Below, in pieces: positions 53,501 through 64,000 of a DNA stretch of 64,000 nucleotides (its first letter is position 1; the number at the start of each line of letters is the position of its first letter). The notes beneath the pieces were generated by a model that was not told the DNA's origin, did no database searches, and saw only the letters and a list, made by a program, of their open reading frames with translations. The position numbers were made by a program, and so were the translations under genes. Where the stretch lies: NCBI GenBank assembly GCA_040954595.2, contig CM082594.2:10978276-11042275 (forward strand), written 5' to 3'. This DNA is from Balanoglossus misakiensis (lineage: Eukaryota; Animalia; Hemichordata).

Positions 53501-56500
53501 TTGGTCTGTAAAATGGGTCAAGGCAAGCACTCTATTGGCATCAGTATACAAATCCAATTCTGCCGCCTCCATGAAACAGTAAAATGCTACTACTATACAT
53601 AAAAGACAAAACAAATTCTAGCATCTTCTACAGACTTGAATGTAAACAACAAATTTCAAAGTCAGAATACTCTGTAAATTGAGATTTGAAGATTTGTCCA
53701 ACAGAAATAAACAAAGAAATCTACAACCAGTTCTTCAGAAATTATGTATGGAGAAATTTATCCATTATTTATCAACGCCACCAAAAAGGTGTTCGGTATA
53801 CACCATCATCTCAACAGCAAATACTATGGTGGTTACATCATGTCTTGCACAATACAATCAGGAATGAATCGGACAAAAAAATACCCATTAAGCATTTGTC
53901 TTGCATCATATCAAGGACTTCAAAAAACAAGATTGAAATCTAAGTAGAACCTGCGTGATTGAAGATGACCACATCAAAAAAAGGTTAGATTAGAGAAGCA
54001 TTATCATAAGAACAATCTGATCACTTCAGCTTCGTAACTTTTATTTTCTGGACTTTAATTTCATCAACAAATAATGTACAACGACGTGGCAAATGATTTT
54101 AAAGACACACAGCCTTTCTTGTAGTCCCCCACTTCGAGTTTAAACTTCCTTGATTGAAAAAAAAAACATGATATTCTTTTACCTGAATACGGTTAACCAG
54201 TTTGTGGGGCAAGGACTTTTATCCATTTGCGATAAACACAACTTTAGATTGAAAATTGAAATGATCCTGATCAAAATACGTGTGCAGACTGAATTACACA
54301 AAAAATCAATTTAGCCTCAATACTATAATTGCAAAATGATTTGAGGGGATTTTTTTTCTATCCAAGAGAGAAGGGATATTTATGTGAATGCTTTCGAGTT
54401 GACCAAGCATTTAATTGAGATTACGGAACATGAAAAGTCCGCATTCTGCTTTGTTACATACTTGAGTGCATATGCATAGCAACATTACAATTTTAATCTA
54501 TCAATATCAAATCACTTACTAATACTGAACTTACAAATAACAGATTCACCACATTAAAATGCTTGTACCAAGCATGTACTTTTCGCAATGAACATGTTTC
54601 AGAAAATCTTCAACAAGCACTTCAGAACAATACCTACTGTCAGAGAGGTTTTATGTACGTAGGACTTTATTGGCTCTCTAAAAGGAATGTTAAACCTTCG
54701 GACAATCAAACGCATCTTATGTCCATAAACTTGCGTCACTTTTCTCGGAAATTCGTGATGTAAAATCATGTTGCATAACCATTACACTATGCAAATTCAA
54801 TTAACTGCCATCATTTTTTTTTTAACTTGATACAGGGTGACCAGGCAAATCGAAAACATACTGCACTGGTTTCTAAGACTTACGCAACTGACTTGGTGTA
54901 AAAAGTGTATACTGTAAAACGGGTTATTTTCGCGAGCAATAAATTTTCGCGAAATACGCAAGAGCCTGAAAAAGGCGAAAATACAAAGTCGCATAACAGT
55001 TGCCCCTTCTGATATCGCGAAAATTTCCTGTCGTGAAATTAACCCGTTTTACAGTATTACACTGTTCTGAAAATCATTAAATGGTAAGATTATGTGACAA
55101 CACAGTACAGGGTTGAGAACCACAAAAAATACTTGATGAATGACCAAGATCAACACAGTAAATCTAAGCGATTTTTTTTCATGCTCGAAAATAAAACTAT
55201 TCACTTACATGCTACCTGAAGTCTGGCTTCTCTGCTAACTATTGTGCCGATGCCATTGCTTGCAAAGCACTTGTATATTCCTTCGTCAGATTCTTTCCTC
55301 CTTTTGTGTTCAATTGTGGCAAAATAAAGCGAACCATTCCTGAGTACAAGATGGTGGCCATCATCTTGGATGGCCTGATCGTCTTTTCTCCACGTTATAT
55401 TGATGGGCGAAGATCCCTCAGCTGCACAGTCCCAAACAAATGGTCGGTCCTTAAATACTACAACATTATTTGGTTCTACAGTAAATTCTAAGTCTTCTGC
55501 ACAAAACACCCCTGAAATGTAAATACAAGACAGTAAATATTCATTCATTCAAAAAAAGATGAAAAATTCATTTAGAGTTAAACTTTGTATTCAATTTGCC
55601 TTGCAGGTACAAGTCAACCACTGTGTTTTGTTCACTGTTGGTTAGCATGCACAAATGTGGCATGTCTTTCTTTTCGTCTTTTTTTCCCAATTTATTTGAA
55701 AGCAAATTTAGCACTAAATTGTTTTAAACAGTTAACTTAAACAATGACGGATGGGACGAAACTGACCTGTCAAAAGAAAATGAAACCAACACAGGGCCAT
55801 TAATCCATTAGATTTGCCTATTTTGTACACAAAGTTACTTTCTGAGTACTAATGGGTCACAGGTATGCTTCTGACAGCAGAGCTGTAGTCTTTGTGGTAA
55901 AAAATCAACATCGGATAAAATACACGGAATTGTGTAGGTCATGAACCATAAACACTTTAGTGGAATGAACGCCAAGTTGGTTTCCATGCAAATGAGAAAA
56001 ATAATAAACTTGAGAATATCTGTTGATGACATGCTTTGAAAATAAAGTGGTTTTGTAATAGGAACTGGGATAATTTGGATAAAAACCCAATCCAGGTGAA
56101 AAGTATGCAAAAGACCAAGTACCTATGTGCGTAGGTCATTGCCTGTCAATGTAGAGGCAACCGTACTTTTTATTAACATTCTATTTTGGGCCTGAAATGC
56201 AGTAGTCCTTGCACGTTGTATCTGCACATTCGACTTGTGGAAAACACTCGGCAATCGGTGCTATTCGAAATGAAACTGAATGATCGACTGAAAAATTACA
56301 CAAAAGCGGCGATCGATCTGCTGGAGAGAACGTGTGTTCTCTCTCCGCACTGCGCAGAGCGGCATTGTTTACTTCGTGGAGGCCACGTTTAATGTGTGTG
56401 TAACAACACCATTCTCAACATCCTGAAATGCACGCGAAAAACCCGATCGCACACACACACACGCACCGATCGTAACACACGTGTAGGATAAGTGACAAAT

Positions 56501-57005
56501 CGGGATAGTCACGGCGACATAAAGTACACTGGTGACTCAGATTCGATCGCAGATGCAGTGAATGTAAACACTGTGTGACCCTCCCCCCTTCCGATCTTGA
56601 GCTTGACGTGTATGTTGCCTTTGGACATCATGGCCGCGTCCACCACCGTGTCCTCAGATAGCCTAAGCCGGGCCCATACAAACGATCTCGATATAGTGGC
56701 GTTACGCTAGGATATTACACAACCCCACAACACCGACCGAGGTTCAATCTGTCACGATAATTAATTTACATCGGCATCTGTAGGTCAGGACACTTTCAAT
56801 GTCACTGAGGATTCCTACAATCGCGATGTGAACTCGAACCCCGGCCGATGTATGTCAGATCATCAGAATGACCCACCGACACAAAATACTCGCACAACTT
56901 ACAATTCACACGGAATCACACATAAACCAGTTACTTACCTATCAATAATGGTATATAGAGAAATAGTATTAGCCACGATCTGAGGTCTGAAGGTTGGTGC
57001 GCCAT
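9900..57005 (-). CDS. PRTG: Protogenin (4 Ig, 5 FN3, TM, long cytoplasmic tail), 19 coding exons, ~1336 aa
   Basis: Exons (high to low): 57005-56939, 55511-55209, 33202-33061, 31527-31223, 30356-30198, 30058-29771, 29486-29346, 28730-28572, 27493-27191, 26979-26788, 13168-13082, 12873-12678, 12499-12372, 12235-12065, 11954-11760, 11594-11501, 11303-11105, 10919-10710, 10571-9900. They sum to 4011 nt in frame and all introns are GT-AG. The 4Ig+5FN3 layout, the TM GIIVGVSIGLGCIIVCIVFIV and the cytoplasmic motif DTKGG...INGYGP (recalled vertebrate PRTG DAKGG...INSYGP) point to protogenin rather than DCC/neogenin (6 FN3, P1-P3 motifs). Confidence 0.88.
10710..10919 (-). CDS. PRTG: PRTG exon 18 (cytoplasmic, GGNGTLINGYGP)
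   Basis: ttgcag acceptor, CAA|gtacgt donor. Confidence 0.78.
11105..11303 (-). CDS. PRTG: PRTG exon 17 (juxtamembrane cytoplasmic)
   Basis: ...ELESFTPML...MDTK|gtaag. Confidence 0.85.
11501..11594 (-). CDS. PRTG: PRTG exon 16 (transmembrane)
   Basis: GIIVGVSIGLGCIIVCIVFIVYRGR. Confidence 0.92.
11760..11954 (-). CDS. PRTG: PRTG exon 15 (FN3-5 C-half + stalk)
   Basis: GLKPSLGYYFKMAARTGAGEGPAS. Confidence 0.9.
12065..12235 (-). CDS. PRTG: PRTG exon 14 (FN3-5 N-half)
   Basis: PSSPPSNV...LQWAPPAHPNGIITTYVILY...W. Confidence 0.9.
12372..12499 (-). CDS. PRTG: PRTG exon 13 (FN3-4 C-half)
   Basis: LTNLVPFTEYQIAVRAHGRNSVGPYS. Confidence 0.9.
12678..12873 (-). CDS. PRTG: PRTG exon 12 (FN3-4 N-half)
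   Basis: PPVQVKG...ATVTWLRP...FYTIRF. Confidence 0.88.
13082..13168 (-). CDS. PRTG: PRTG exon 11 (FN3-3 C-end)
   Basis: KPLTRYFVKLIAVYEDGYS; completes the domain started 13.6 kb away. Confidence 0.85.
14313..14363. repeat. (GA)n microsatellite
   Basis: Direct reading. Confidence 0.95.
17518..17643. repeat. (CAT)n/(CAC) compound microsatellite
   Basis: Direct reading; source of the poly-Met pseudo-ORF. Confidence 0.95.
21556..21663. mobile_element. Possible small MITE with AACCCTTTCA...TGAAAGGGTT terminal inverted repeats
   Basis: 10-bp perfect inverted ends about 108 bp apart, CCCT...AGGG termini reminiscent of TTAA-targeting DNA elements. Confidence 0.35.
26788..26979 (-). CDS. PRTG: PRTG exon 10 (FN3-3 main part)
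   Basis: PLAPKLELEKLNSTAVWIHW...FQLFY...YILSGL. Confidence 0.9.
27191..27493 (-). CDS. PRTG: PRTG exon 9 (FN3-2)
   Basis: SPTSIIVTWEPL...NGEITGYHIYY...GLEANTVYSIKMSASTSVGEGP. Confidence 0.93.
28260..28430. mobile_element. Degraded MITE-like element
   Basis: Imperfect inverted ends gagtgaagcctgtc ... gagaggcttcgctg. Confidence 0.35.
28572..28730 (-). CDS. PRTG: PRTG exon 8 (FN3-1 C-half)
   Basis: GGREEQ...ENLQPNSYYLIYVTAY. Confidence 0.92.
29346..29486 (-). CDS. PRTG: PRTG exon 7 (FN3-1 N-half)
   Basis: PSSPTGL...SLRIQW...IIAYTVH. Confidence 0.9.
29771..30058 (-). CDS. PRTG: PRTG exon 6 (Ig4)
   Basis: [28 protein letters not shown]...DDALYQCVATN. Confidence 0.93.
30198..30356 (-). CDS. 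PRTG: PRTG exon 5 (Ig3 C-half)
   Basis: NLKIEGLKIKDSGWYVCTATN. Confidence 0.92.
31223..31527 (-). CDS. PRTG: PRTG exon 4 (Ig2 C-half + Ig3 N-half)
   Basis: LPSGVLQIHNLQESDAGSYRCVAEN...GPQNVT...VVLECLA. Confidence 0.92.
33061..33202 (-). CDS. PRTG: PRTG exon 3 (Ig2 N-half)
   Basis: FVVQPEP...VARFSCSANSIPQAVYFWEKDR. Confidence 0.9.
54910..55056. mobile_element. MITE (non-autonomous DNA transposon, TA-flanked)
   Basis: Left end TACTGTAAAACGGGTTATTTTCGCGA; the reverse complement of the right end is TACTGTAAAACGGGTTAATTTCACGA (24/26 match, outer 17 perfect). Confidence 0.8.
55209..55511 (-). CDS. PRTG: PRTG exon 2 (signal end + Ig1)
   Basis: LEFTVEP...WDCAAEG...ITWRKD...NGSLYF...SDEGIYKCFASNGIGTIVSREARLQVA. 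Confidence 0.93.
56939..57005 (-). CDS. PRTG: PRTG exon 1 (start codon, signal peptide)
   Basis: ATG at 57005; MAHQPSDLRSWLILFLYIPLLI-G|gtaagt; phase 1 matches exon 2. Confidence 0.78.
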
Positions 57006-60000
57006 AAATAACCGTACATTGGAGTAACTTTGCAGATAAAAACTTACATAGAATAGCAACTCTGGCTCTCTACAACGGCTAGTGGAGGGATACCATTACC
57101 ATACACACAACGCACTACAAGAATTATTATACATCCGCGTAAACAAACTGGAACTATATGCTAATAATGGCTCTTCCATTTATCGCTTCTATACCCTCAA
57201 GGTAACCATGGGAATATTTGTACGGCGCTAGATGTCTTTTCATTAATTTTTTTGTAAAATGTATCATACTCACTAATGAAATTGTGAGGAAGGCAATATA
57301 TATGCTTTAACAATTCTCTTGACTTTCCTTGACGTAAGGAAAAACGTTTAGATATATTTTCACGAGGGGGTGAAAAAGCGGAAACTACTTAGTTATTGAA
57401 TTGTACAGTCAAGTAAACGCATTTCCCGCGAAAATGTGCATGCATCAAGTACATTTGAGTACAAGGACAAAGGGCCAGGCAAGGTTGACTATATTAAAGG
57501 GGCTTTTGATGGGAATAAATAAACCTATTTGTCGTACTATTAAATTGAGACAAATTCCTCGGTCCCATCGACTCCGCAGATCCAACATTTCCGAAAAAAA
57601 CACGCTTGCTGATTCAATGTATCTCAAAAGCGCTAATAGCAGCATGTTTAATCCCGAAAATGTTAATAATATGCCGATTTTGTCGACCTTGTGTACGTGT
57701 AAACCTTTCAAAACATGTGGAGTGCGTCCGCAGTTACTACTCGCCGAACACCGTTATATGTAAATAGCAGTGGGAAATAGCGGTCGCTGTCTTTGTATAG
57801 AAGAAACAATAGGAAAGTTAGCGGTGTACCGTTATATGCAGATTAAACATGACATATGTTTTTTATGGAATGTGTTAATGACGCTCAAGCTTTTAGCTTA
57901 GGCGCTCTCTCTTTCTCTCGCTCTCTCTCTCATTATCACCCGCAAAAATTGAGAGAGGTGAGAATTAGTACCAGGTGTCAAGTGGAAGTGCGTAGCTGAG
58001 CGTACAAATCTCCAATCACGACGATTCCAAACAACGTTTCTAATGATGAATACTAATTAGGAATTATGGCGTCATTTCGGCCAATCAAATTCACCGTCTT
58101 GAATATGTCGATTCTTCACGGTTCCAACTCTCAATCAAACATTCGCGTGCAAATGCTTGAGTGTATAAAAACACCTCTTGAAATGAAATCTCACAGAACA
58201 TATCTTTTTCATATCAAACATTTGCGAATGGGTTTTATAAATGTATCCGAAATTCTTTATCAAAGACACAATAGTGTAATGTAAATGCGCGTTATGTCAT
58301 CAACACACGGATTGCGTTGGTGTCTTTGGCTCTATCACTGTAGCAATGTTGTAACAATCGCAGTGTGTTATATATGCGATCATTATGGGCAAAATGGCTT
58401 CATTGTCCAGAGAAATATTTGTCATGGACAGTTCCGTATGTTGCCAATTGGTTCATCACATTTAAAGGACCGTCTCGCTGTTTGTTTGTTTGTTTGTTTG
58501 TTGGGGGCACCTTCTTCTTCATCTCCATCATCGTCGCAGTCACGTTCGTTTTTGTCACCACCGGTTTCCAGGTTGGAAATTACCAAGAAGTACGAGCACG
58601 ACACAAAGTCTTCACATATATATGGTCCAATAACTTTAATAACTTGGCTATAGAATTGTTCAAGTTTGAGTCCATAAATAAATAACTTTACTGAGCGAAT
58701 AAAATGAAAACTACCTGAGGCTTTCGATATTATCACGCAAGTTACATTGTTATTGTTTAAATACCTTCAATAATCGATTCCAATTTTTGTGACGGTGGTA
58801 TTAACGATTCTAACAAAAAGAACGAATATAGAATATAGTGCTGTCATGTCAGTATGGAAGCTGACATTTCAAACCATGAATATTTAATTTTCCCCACTTG
58901 GTTATGACAATGGTATATTCTTTCTAATACTTTAGTACGACCAAGAATGTATAGAATCAACCCAAACACCTAAGATGGATGGATGGATGGGTGATATGTT
59001 TGACATCCGTCCACTGCGAAAACTGTAGGACAACTTCATGTGTCGAAATTAGCAGCAACTTTTGGTTTTATTTTCAGTATCTTTGCTCTGTGTATCAAAG
59101 GCAATTTCTTGCTCATCCAAACAGCATTGCTAATCTTGTCAACATAGCCTATATGTGTGTAACGACCATATTGACTGTTATTGTTGATACATGAATTATT
59201 GTCCGGACTTGTATACAAATTTTGCACAATAATAATGTTGACTATACGCATACAGTATAAAGGTTGTGTTGATATTAAGCTAAATACTGGGTGATAAAGA
59301 AAAAGACACAAAAATCAGAATTAAAGTAGCCAAAAAAGATTACTCGTTTCTAAACGCTGATTTACGCTCATCAAATTGCTGTTTGATCGACTTGTCCCAA
59401 AGACTTCCCCCGCGCTTTTTGGGCATTCAGCAACCTTGACCCTTTGGGCCGTTTATCGTTAATTACATTCAGCATAACTGGCATTTATTGCCTCAAGGTC
59501 ATGGTCACGGAAACGTGTTTGCGTCACGGTGGATGACAAACCGCAGCTACCTTCCTGTGATGCATGATGTATGCATTCTTGAAGGTTGTGCGTCTCATAA
59601 AGTAGGGTCAGGGATTCTTGGATTGGATTTTGGTATACTTTTTTAACACGGTGCTCTCTATAATAGCTCGTTCCATTCAAAGTTTACTTTTTTGGTTTAC
59701 AAATGATTTCAACACGCGCAAAAAGACGTCCCCTCAAAGTCATGGGATTTCTACACTGGCTTCAGATCGCCACGTGCATGAGGTACGTGCTATGGTACCG
59801 GGTTTGAACACACTCTTTCCGAGGCGTTCTCCTTTGGAGTGTCACAGGCGCTTGTCCAATTATTTGTACACATCCGAACCCAAACGATTGATTACTGACA
59901 ACAGCTCTCAATGAACGAAATCGTGCATAGCCCCCGGCTAGCTAGGACACTTGTACAGGTCATACGAGGACATGCGTGGACCAGTATAACTCAGGCTTTG

Positions 60001-60459
60001 AACATGTTGAACCAGCTCCTTTAAACTGATCCACATTTGTATTAACGTAAAAGACGTGTATTTCTGTAACCAGAACGACACGAATAGCCGATCAAGTAAC
60101 TTAATAATATCCAAATCAATGTCTCAAACACCTAAGCATCTCTTGCGGGATCTTTCGTTTTATTCCAGGTGGACTACGTTACTATTGAGTCGGGTGAGGG
60201 CACCCGTCACAGGGCAACGCATATCTGTAGCTCTGCGTGACTGTAAAGAATTGCCGTTGGAGGCGCCCTACTCCAATGAACTACCTGCCAACTTGAAATG
60301 TATGTTTATGATACATTTATGCAAGCAACTTGAATAAATATCTTGGATAGTAATGAAAAAATGGTGGTGCAACATTAAACAAATGAAGCTAGTGATCGAC
60401 GGGCGTTAGGTTCTAGAAACCGTGCAGATTGCATTGAAGGTATATATGACAAAATTGTG

Positions 60460-60580
<121 letters not shown>

Positions 60581-62325
60581 CATTCGTTGCCTAGGTAAAA
60601 AGGTCGATGACCTTTGCCATGATCACAGAATACGTCAGGTGTGAGCTACCAGGCGCCTGTAAATCAAACTTTCCGTATATTGTTCAGGAAAAGTGTCAGA
60701 TATGATACGTCCGGGAAAGTAAAGAAAAATACAGATTTAGCCACAAGTTCATCAGCGTTTCATACTGAAATTTTGGAGAGGGTGGATTTTAGAAGAAGAA
60801 AAAACAACGTTTATCAATAAATATTTACACGGCCGTGTATTGACAACCCCCAACCCCGAAAGCGTAATCACAGCCAATGAAATTGTCGCTACATGGCTTG
60901 GTCTTGAGAATTACGAAATGTGTAAACTAACGTTTGTACTGTGTACATACACAAAAAGGGCGATGGCCTTTTTTGTTTACCCACACCGGACTGCTAATCA
61001 ACTAGTTTCTCGGTAAAGCTTTTTACGGTCACGAGAAGCAAACATGTACAATCTCATAACGGCGAACACTGTAAGGACGTGAATGTACATAATACTATAG
61101 AACATCCACTAGTTACACAACATATAAATTCCTTATTTTATATAAATTCAATACAATCTTTTCTACTGGCAAGGATGAAATAATAAACCTATCTTTCCAT
61201 ATATTCTTTTAAAATAACTGCTGTTTATTCAGTTTGGGTACAACCAAATATTTACAGACATAAAATCAACTTCAGATTGAAGGCTGTCCATGAAACACAA
61301 GTGACGGTACATACACGTCACGTCACACAATTAGTTTAGAAATAAACTCAGTACAATTCTATGTTTCTAAAAGTGTTAGATGACCTTCCTTCAAGTTAAA
61401 ACAAGGCATGATCTAGTGCATCTATCTTTACCTGACGTTTTATCACGTAACCTACCCATTACCCAGTTTGGCAGATTGCCCAAGATCGCCTCACGTCATA
61501 CTTTAGCGGTAAAGCAACTATAACCTGCGTACCGTTGCAATCTGTGAGTAAACACCGACCTGAAGGTCACCTTCAGAAAGTTGAACGATTAAGCCAGATT
61601 AGGAAAATCAATTAGAGTGGATGTAAGATAAAAAGTTATATTTAGCATCGGTTTGGTCACATGTCTGTCCCTTGGTTAAAAACAGAGCGATAATAAAAAT
61701 TATGAAATTCGTCTTGCTGTGGCCTAAAGACAATCCTAAGGCTTGTAAAATTATATTTCACCGTTCTGTGATGCACAACTGACCGAATAGGACCGAGGAA
61801 TCGTTGTGACATTAAAACCATAACAAAGTCCCTGGTTATACCGATACATTACTTCTGACGGGATTGCTAAGTTCATGCGTGCAAACCTAACTCCACAAGT
61901 GCACGAGCCACATCATCCGAGATATGGATATTCCGTATCAATATCGGAAAAAAATACTAATCGTCTTCAGATCACAAACTGTAATTAGGCCTGTGCTGGG
62001 GGCATGGTTGAGTGTAATGGTATAATCTCTATCATAACGCTTGAAATTGGCCAGAAGGCCAATATTTGTCGATGTGGGCAATGTTAAAGATATAAACCAG
62101 GCTGGATATAACCTGGATATAAGCATATATTTTGTTCCGTTCACGAGACTGTTTATTGGGAAACAGAAGGGAAACTTATCTCAGCTGTGTAAGGCACCCC
62201 TCCCCCACGACCTTTACTCTGTACCCCCTACCCCATGATCATGCCATCACTGCAAGGACCTTGGGACGGGAAATCTGGGCTTATCATATTTACGGGCAAA
62301 AGAATTGTGCAACAGTGCGGATTAT

Positions 62326-62361
62326 GATTGGTAAATATCGTCATCTTCAACGCTTATAAAA
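62326..62361 (+). promoter_or_regulatory. Core promoter of the FAS1 gene: reverse CCAAT and TATA box
   Basis: GATTGG at about 62326-62331; TATAAAA at 62355-62361, about 75 bp before the ATG. Confidence 0.6.
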
Positions 62362-62433
62362 GAGACGTACCGTCTGGGTCACGAGGAAAGGACGACTGAC
62401 TACCAACCTACGTGAGACTACACCAGCGTCAAC

Positions 62434-63896
62434 ATGAAAGGTGCAATAATCCTGGTTCTGTGTCTGGGCGCGGCGACTGCAGCCATCCTCGGCAAGAAGG
62501 AGCTGCCCATCTCCGCTGAGGAAAACGTGCTGCAGGTCGCAGAGAAGCTCGGGGCAACGGAACTGATCAAATTGGTCGAGGCCGCGGGATTGAACGCTAC
62601 CCTGAGTGGCAAAGGTTTGTTTCTAGAACTTTAATACTAATAATAGTCCGGAAAGTATTGTTCAGTACTAGTCCATGAAATTTCACTGTGCCTATTTGCC
62701 AAATATGCACCACAATGTGTGACCACTAGGGATTTTGAAAGATGTAAAAATCATATTTATCTGGCGCGCTTCTGCTGGGCTTGACGCAATCATTACAAAA
62801 TCACAATTTCCCCTTGAATTATTATAAATCTTTTCTTCTTGCAGGACCTTTTACTCTCTTCGCCCCCACAAACAAAGCCATCGCTCAACTCGACCCCTGG
62901 TGGGTGGAGTACCTTGTCGGGAACGTCACTGCACTTCAAGAAATGCTTTCGCTTCATGTGGTTTCCGGCGCCGTCATGTCTTCGTCTCTTGGCAACGATA
63001 AGATACTGTCATCACTACAGGGCGCGCCCCTCCGAGCGAACATATACCAAAATGGTCTGACGGTGGGTAGAATAACTGTAATAGTATTTTGATGCATTTC
63101 AGTTTAATAGATGATTTTCCACTCATTGCGAGATCTCACGTAATAACCGTAACAACGGGTTGCTAGCCAAGTTGAGTCAAGCTTTGTATGAAAATTGTAA
63201 AATATGTGTCGTTTGTCCCATGTCACATTTATTCTGTCCCATTTGTAGGTTGTAACAATCAACGGAAGAAGTGTAGTCAGCGTTGACAACAAAGCATCAA
63301 ACGGTGTGGTCCATTTGATAGAGGGCGTGATATACTTGCCAACGCCTCATGACATGGCGTGGGTGCTGCAAAATGTTCCACAATATTCAACTCTGTTGGC
63401 CGCTTTGAAGGCCACCAATCTACTCTCAGTTTTGTCAGGTATGCTCTCTACTTACCAGTCACTGAACTAAAAGTAGCATGATGGCAGTGTTGCAAATATA
63501 TGTCAAACTTTCCTTGTGAGTTCTAAGGGTCGGGATTTCCCATTAAAATTATGTGCGCAATACTTGAAACAGTAACTAAGTTGGGTTTAGGGAGTCTAAT
63601 CTGTGTGTATACCTCCACATTCACAGGTCCGGGTCCTTTCACGCTATTTGCACCCGTGGATATGGCCTTTGCAAGACTTCCTCCAGGATCAGTGGACTAT
63701 CTTCTGAAGCACCCGGATGTCCTCAAGGAGATCCTGTTGTACCACGTGGTCAGCGGCACTTACTTCAGCGCAGGCGTCGCCGATGGTCAACTGCCAACAC
63801 TGGCTGGAAAGAATGTGATGGTCACCGCATCATCAGGTACTGTTCGTCACTTCGATCCCAGTCTTTAAAAAATAACAATGAGTGTGCCGAGATTGT

Positions 63897-63928
<32 letters not shown>

Positions 63929-64000
63929 GCGTTTTACTTATCTTGTTTGTGTTTTTATCTGCAGGGGAAGTTAAAGTGAATGGTGTTCATGTCCAGGCAG
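62434..64000 (+). CDS. Secreted fasciclin (FAS1) domain protein, TGFBI/periostin-like, 3'-partial
   Basis: Exons 62434-62614, 62845-63062, 63249-63438, 63627-63836, 63965->64000. Signal peptide MKGAIILVLCLGAATAA; FAS1 H1 motifs GPFTLFAPTN and GPFTLFAPVD; LLYHVV; H2 motif NGVVHLIEGVI. Confidence 0.92.
63898..63926. repeat. (AAC)n microsatellite in intron 4 of the FAS1 gene
   Basis: Direct reading. Confidence 0.9.

Noticed and set aside
33203-55208. Many 60-150 aa ORFs in the 22-kb intron
   Set aside because: No recognisable domains, reverse transcriptase or transposase motifs, or consistent exon chains; expected by chance
9900-57005. Calling the minus-strand gene DCC/neogenin/frazzled
   Set aside because: Only five FN3 repeats, no P1-P3 cytoplasmic motifs, and a PRTG-type DxKGG..INxYGP motif is present
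61560-61576. Palindrome CTGAAGGT-C-ACCTTCAG
   Set aside because: Single short inverted repeat with no supporting context

Overview
Eukaryotic (animal, probably invertebrate-deuterostome-like; inference) genomic DNA with GT-AG introns and three spliced genes that I reconstructed by hand. (1) On the minus strand, 57005 to 9900, is a complete 19-exon protogenin (PRTG/IGDCC, DCC-neogenin superfamily) receptor: signal peptide, 4 Ig, 5 FN3, TM and a ~360-aa tail, ~1336 aa in total, with 22-kb and 13.6-kb introns. (2) On the plus strand, <267-4312, is a compact, 5'-truncated paralog facing it tail-to-tail. It shares exon boundaries through FN3-2, then carries two extra FN3 modules that look like internal copies of FN3-1, and it stops with no transmembrane segment, so it is a candidate secreted protogenin decoy. 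(3) On the plus strand, 62434 to >64000, is a secreted FAS1-domain (TGFBI/periostin-like) gene. The putative ~4.5-kb PRTG 3' UTR carries seed sites for miR-9, let-7, miR-125 and miR-100. A promoter-like CpG-rich patch with a minus-strand splice donor lies just 3' of the paralog. Microsatellites and a few MITE-like elements are scattered through the window. Most short ORFs in the supplied track are non-coding noise.
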